Source: an uncultured Alphaproteobacteria bacterium | GTDB taxonomy: Bacteria > Pseudomonadota > Alphaproteobacteria > Rs-D84 | Reading direction: 5' to 3' | Length of the DNA: 64,000 nt | NCBI GenBank assembly: GCA_905233975.1 | Contig: CAJOGD010000006.1 | Coordinates: 19,609-83,608 of the forward strand | Part shown: one piece after another, positions 59,859 through 64,000 of the stretch | Layout of the letters: each line of letters opens with the position of its first letter | Position numbering within the stretch: position 1 is the first letter of the stretch | Position numbers and translations under genes: made by a program | The notes under the pieces: generated by a model | Told to the model about the DNA's origin: nothing | Databases searched by the model: none | Seen by the model: the letters and a program-made list of their open reading frames with translations, nothing else

Positions 59859-60827
59859 ATGTTTTTGAAAAAGTTTTTATTGTTCGGGTTGATTGCGGCA
59901 GTGTTGCCGGCGTTCGCCGAAGAAGTGGCGGACCGGAAAACGGCAACGTCGCTTAAATACGTCACACACGAATTGGATACGCGTCAGAATAAATTCGGCG
60001 CGGACACTAACAAAGCCATGGAATATACAAATTCGGCCGGAACGGTGCAAAAACGTGCGGTCACATCGGAACTGGGGTCCAGCACGTCCGACACATCACT
60101 GCCCATGGTTGGAGGTGTGAACACGAAACTTGATTTGAAACAGGACGATATTGACCCCGTAAACGACCACACCGCCGTCACATATACTGGAACGGCCGGC
60201 GGTATCGGGCGGAAAGGAATTTATCAAACAACCGGCACATACACCGATCAAAGCGACAACCTTATCGACGCAAAAACATTTAATGCCGCATTAAAGAAAG
60301 GACTTGATATTGAATTCAAGTGCAAGGAAACCAAACCCGGCACAGACCTTTGTTGGGTTTATTCGATACATAATGAAACCGAAGAAAAAACAAAAAATTT
60401 ATTAAACCCATCATTTATGGACAATTCAACATATGAAACGGTGACGGTAAACGGCGTAACGATTGATCGTGCAAAAATATTGCCAACGGAAAACGGGAAA
60501 ACATATACATTATCCGCAACATTGATTGCCAATGATGGGGGGACATATTTTTACTATCTGGCTGAGATTTTCCCAGATGGCACCTATAGCAGTCAATCCC
60601 AGCTTCCTTGCCACTACATGTGGACTAATTACACCAGCGCAAACACTAACACAACCGTTGAAAAAACATGCACATTTACCACACACGATAATGCGACATA
60701 TTTGGTGAATTTTGCTAATTCATCGTCTGTAGATTATCTAACATTAACAAATTATCAAATGGAAGAAGGTGCGACCGCAACGCCATACGTTCCGTACGGC
60801 AACGTTTATATCCCGCAAAATCAATGA
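59859..60827 (+). CDS. Secreted modular fibre/adhesin-like protein, paralog C (constant + domain Y + YIPQNQ)
   Basis: Same N-terminus; 'KNLLNP...YQMEEGATATPYVPY' then NVYIPQNQ. Confidence 0.85.
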   Translation: MFLKKFLLFGLIAAVLPAFAEEVADRKTATSLKYVTHELDTRQNKFGADTNKAMEYTNSAGTVQKRAVTSELGSSTSDTSLPMVGGVNTKLDLKQDDIDPVNDHTAVTYTGTAGGIGRKGIYQTTGTYTDQSDNLIDAKTFNAALKKGLDIEFKCKETKPGTDLCWVYSIHNETEEKTKNLLNPSFMDNSTYETVTVNGVTIDRAKILPTENGKTYTLSATLIANDGGTYFYYLAEIFPDGTYSSQSQLPCHYMWTNYTSANTNTTVEKTCTFTTHDNATYLVNFANSSSVDYLTLTNYQMEEGATATPYVPYGNVYIPQNQ

Positions 60828-61064
60828 TGACGTTTTTATTGTGCGCATGGGTGCGCCGGACAGTGTCTTAGTAGCTTCGCAGTTGACTATATTTGGAGAA
60901 GCGCACTGTTTGGACTTAAGTATGAAGAGTATGACGATTAAAAAATAATTTTCTTGCTCTCTGCAAGCCTAAGGAGATACCGCCCTTCGCCGGTATAACA
61001 TTTATATTTAACCACTTACACCGGCCACCAAAATATGTTATAATTGTCCAAAAGGAGTAGAGAG

Positions 61065-61997
61065 ATGAAAGTGGCGATTATTGGTATCGGGACCGTTGGT
61101 TCGGCCGTTGCGACGGCGGTAAAGAATACGGGACTTGTGCATGAAATTGTTTTGTTTGACCGCGATGCGGTGCGCGCACGCGCCGCCGCCGAAGATTTGG
61201 GTCATGCGGCAAGTTTTGGTTTTGATGTGAACATTTCCCCAGCAAATAACTATCGCGCCATTCGTGGTTCGGACATTGTTATTATCGCCGCCGGCGCAAA
61301 TCAGAAACCGGGTGAAACGCGCACCGATTTATTACAACACAATGCCGATGTTATTCGCGACATTGTGCCGCGGGTCATGGCGAACGTTGACCCAAAGCGT
61401 GTGGTTTTAATCCTGGTGACGAACCCGTTGGACGTCATGGTTATGTTGGCGCAGAAACTTTCGGGATTGCCGCCGGCGCGCGTGATTGGAACCGGAACCA
61501 TGTTGGATACGGCGCGGCTGCGCACGATACTTGCGCGGGGGTTGTCCGTATCACCGCAATCGATTCATTCCTATGTCCTGGGTGAACATGGCGACAGCAG
61601 TGTTGTTGATTGGTCGTCGATTACCGTCGGCGGATTGACAATCGACGATTTTTGCCGCCAGTTAAAAATTCCACTGACCGCCGCAATCCGCAACAGTATC
61701 GAAGAACACGTTCGCAACGCGGCGTATGAAATTATTCGCGGGCGCGGTGCAACGTGGGACGGAATCGGCGCCGCGGTCGCAGACCTGTTGAAATGCATAA
61801 TAAATGACGAACATCGGATTTTAACTGTATCGATTGCCGCGGGAACGGGCGCGCATGTGTTGGCCATGTCTTTGCCACGCATCGTTGGCGCGAACGGCGT
61901 GATTGCGACATTGAATCCGAAAATGTCGGCGGCGGAATCCGCGGCATTGAAAAAAAGCGGGAAAATCATTCAGAAAAATTTTTCACACCTTGGGTAA
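61065..61997 (+). CDS. ldh: L-lactate dehydrogenase
   Basis: GIGTVG, QKPGETRTDL, TNPLD, LDTARL, LGEHGDS. Confidence 0.9.
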   Translation: MKVAIIGIGTVGSAVATAVKNTGLVHEIVLFDRDAVRARAAAEDLGHAASFGFDVNISPANNYRAIRGSDIVIIAAGANQKPGETRTDLLQHNADVIRDIVPRVMANVDPKRVVLILVTNPLDVMVMLAQKLSGLPPARVIGTGTMLDTARLRTILARGLSVSPQSIHSYVLGEHGDSSVVDWSSITVGGLTIDDFCRQLKIPLTAAIRNSIEEHVRNAAYEIIRGRGATWDGIGAAVADLLKCIINDEHRILTVSIAAGTGAHVLAMSLPRIVGANGVIATLNPKMSAAESAALKKSGKIIQKNFSHLG

Positions 61998-62089
61998 CAA
62001 AACGCGGAAAACATACCCGACTTTTGGCAAACATTCATATTTATACTGCGTGACCCATGTGCTAAATTTTTTGGCACAGGGGGGACGCG

Positions 62090-62392
62090 ATGTCATTAGA
62101 AATCGAATATCAAAAATTGCCGAATGGTGATGGATTTTGTGCAAAATATAACGGCAACAAAATCGGCGAAATAGACATTGTCTATGTTGGTGCAAATCGT
62201 TTAATCATTGAATCTACGCACATCGACAGCGCGTTTGAAAACACCGAAGTATGTCGGAACCTGGTGCGGTGTGTTGCGAATTTCGCGCGACACGAACACA
62301 GGAAAATTTTATCACTGTGTCCGCGTGCGCAATCTATATTCAACCGGTATGCGGAATTTGACGATGTCAGACTTATGAAATTCGCCGCATGA
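62090..62392 (+). CDS. YjdJ-like GNAT acetyltransferase
   Basis: 'LIIESTHID...LVR.VANFAR...KILSLCP.AQSIF'. Confidence 0.75.
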   Translation: MSLEIEYQKLPNGDGFCAKYNGNKIGEIDIVYVGANRLIIESTHIDSAFENTEVCRNLVRCVANFARHEHRKILSLCPRAQSIFNRYAEFDDVRLMKFAA

Positions 62393-62395
62393 AGG

Positions 62396-62986
62396 TTATT
62401 CCACATTCAAATTATCGACGACGAATTTCCAATCGATTAAATATTCAAGGAAATTTTCAACAAATTCTGCGCGCCGATTTTGATAGTCCAAATAATACGC
62501 GTGTTCCCACAAATCCAAAACCAGCACAGGTTTCAATCCATGTGCAATCGGTGTGTCCGCATTTTTCGTCGCGATAATTTCGAATTTATTATCGGGCCGC
62601 GCAACAATCCAAACCCAACCAGAACCAAAGACATCGTTCGCAACCGATTTAAATTGTTCTTTGAATTCGGCCACGCCGCCAAACGCGTCCGATATTAAAT
62701 CAGGAATAAAATTATTGCCGCGCCCAAGGCAATTGAAAAAGAATTCATGATTAAAAATTTGCGCCGCGTTGTTGAAAATTTTTGTCGCCGATGAATCTTT
62801 GGCGGATTCCAAAATAATTTCGCGCAAATCCATATCGGCATACTTTGTCCCGGCGATGAGTTTATTCAGGTTCGCGATATACGCGCCCATGTGTTTGTCG
62901 TGATGCGTGCGCACCGTTTCAACGGACATGTATGGCACAAGGTCTGTTTCGCGAAATGGTAATGGATATTCGTTAAGGTTGAACAT
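62396..62986 (-). CDS. sodB: Fe/Mn superoxide dismutase
   Basis: HHDKH, NHEFFF, FGSGW, DLWEHAYYLDY. Confidence 0.9.
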   Translation of the reverse strand: MFNLNEYPLPFRETDLVPYMSVETVRTHHDKHMGAYIANLNKLIAGTKYADMDLREIILESAKDSSATKIFNNAAQIFNHEFFFNCLGRGNNFIPDLISDAFGGVAEFKEQFKSVANDVFGSGWVWIVARPDNKFEIIATKNADTPIAHGLKPVLVLDLWEHAYYLDYQNRRAEFVENFLEYLIDWKFVVDNLNVE

Positions 62987-63127
62987 TTTTATCTCCTTTT
63001 TTTTCTTATTCTGACAAAAATGTGCGAAGGCGGCCACAGGAAAAATAGTTTATTTTTAATCAAAAATGACTTGCACTGGGCGCATGGATATTTCTATAAT
63101 CATCATACAAAGTAAAAAGGAGAAAAG

Positions 63128-63604
63128 ATGAAAAAGTCAATTTTGTTTGGTGCGGTTTTGGGTGCGATGTTTATTGGTAATGCGATGGCCGCGGATATAA
63201 CAATTTACTATTCGCCGACGTGTCCACATTGTCATCATGCGCGCGAATTTATTTCACAAAATCTTGTTTACGAATATCCGAACCTGAACGTGACGACGGT
63301 CAATGTAATGGAATCGGCGAATCGTGATGAATTTATAGCGACACTTAAAAAGTGCGAATATAAATCGGGTGGCGTGCCGGTTATGGTTGTTGGCGAAAAA
63401 TGTTTCCAGGGCTATGGCGCATCCATGGGCGACGATATTCGCGCGGCCATAGAGGTTGACATGAACGCCGACGCCAAGGCGGTTGCCGCCGAAAATAAAA
63501 AGGCGATGGAATCAGATGCCGATGCTTTCCGCAATGCGAACGCGGGCCGCGCATCCGCAATCGTTGAACGCGTTGTTGAAAAATCAGACGTAAAAAAAAA
63601 CTAA
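63128..63604 (+). CDS. Exported glutaredoxin/thioredoxin-fold protein (possible -1 frameshift extension to 63693)
   Basis: Signal peptide, CPHC, GVP; ends in A9-C-TAA. Confidence 0.8.
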   Translation: MKKSILFGAVLGAMFIGNAMAADITIYYSPTCPHCHHAREFISQNLVYEYPNLNVTTVNVMESANRDEFIATLKKCEYKSGGVPVMVVGEKCFQGYGASMGDDIRAAIEVDMNADAKAVAAENKKAMESDADAFRNANAGRASAIVERVVEKSDVKKN

Positions 63605-63708
63605 CAACGGTAAATGAAAACTGGTTCTATTACGGAATTTTGGCGATTTTAGTGGTGGGATTGGTTGCCGTTTTATTGCGCAAGAAAAAATAAAAAGCGA
63701 GATGACAC

Positions 63709-64000
63709 ATGTTTAATTTGACCGGACTTGATTACGCATACATTGGAATACTGCTTGCCTCTACGGTGTGGGCGACGATACGCGGCGGCATTTATGAAAC
63801 CATCGCAACGTTGTCTTGGGTTGTGGCGGCGATAACCGCGCGGTTCGTGTCACCGATGTTGGACAAATTACTCCAAGGCTGGTTTGGCCTGCCCGAATCA
63901 ACCGTCGGAACGTTGGTCGCATCGTATTTCATTGTGTTCTTTGTCATACTGTTAATTGTCGGGTTCTTTAACCAAAAACTGCGCGACCGCATTCAGGCAA
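63709..64000 (+). CDS. cvpA: CvpA family membrane protein (partial, runs off the window)
   Basis: MFNLTGLDYAYIGILLASTVWATIRGGIYETIATLSWVVA. Confidence 0.75.
   Translation, partial: MFNLTGLDYAYIGILLASTVWATIRGGIYETIATLSWVVAAITARFVSPMLDKLLQGWFGLPESTVGTLVASYFIVFFVILLIVGFFNQKLRDRIQA

Overview
Chromosomal window from a probable host-associated, fermentative alphaproteobacterium. That assignment is inferred from lpxI, an alpha-type dnaB, Rickettsiales-like virB7/virB8/virB11, ackA and ldh. Housekeeping genes are present (dnaB, birA, priA, miaA, gap, murA, trpS, ackA, ldh, sod, two tRNAs), plus four unusual systems. (1) At about 5.2-17.5 kb is a compact minus-strand T7/BPP-1-like (podoviral) virion module with no integrase or phage replication genes, which makes it a candidate gene transfer agent or domesticated prophage. 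Its terminase is split into ATPase and nuclease genes by an antisense dnaB-XRE-hypothetical block, and its promoter is followed immediately by two terminators. (2) Three dispersed paralogous secreted proteins share a constant N-terminus, swappable phage-tail-like domains and a YIPQNQ C-terminus. Each lies behind the same promoter architecture and an approximately 190-215 nt RNA with compensatory base changes that I do not recognise. (3) A Liv-type ABC transporter carries eight tandem divergent binding lipoproteins. (4) Smaller recoding and regulatory signals are present: a Trp-Trp leader peptide before trpS, a -1 slippery site that could add a membrane anchor to a thioredoxin-fold protein, and a CU-rich sRNA candidate. 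All calls come from reading motifs by eye; no database searches were run.
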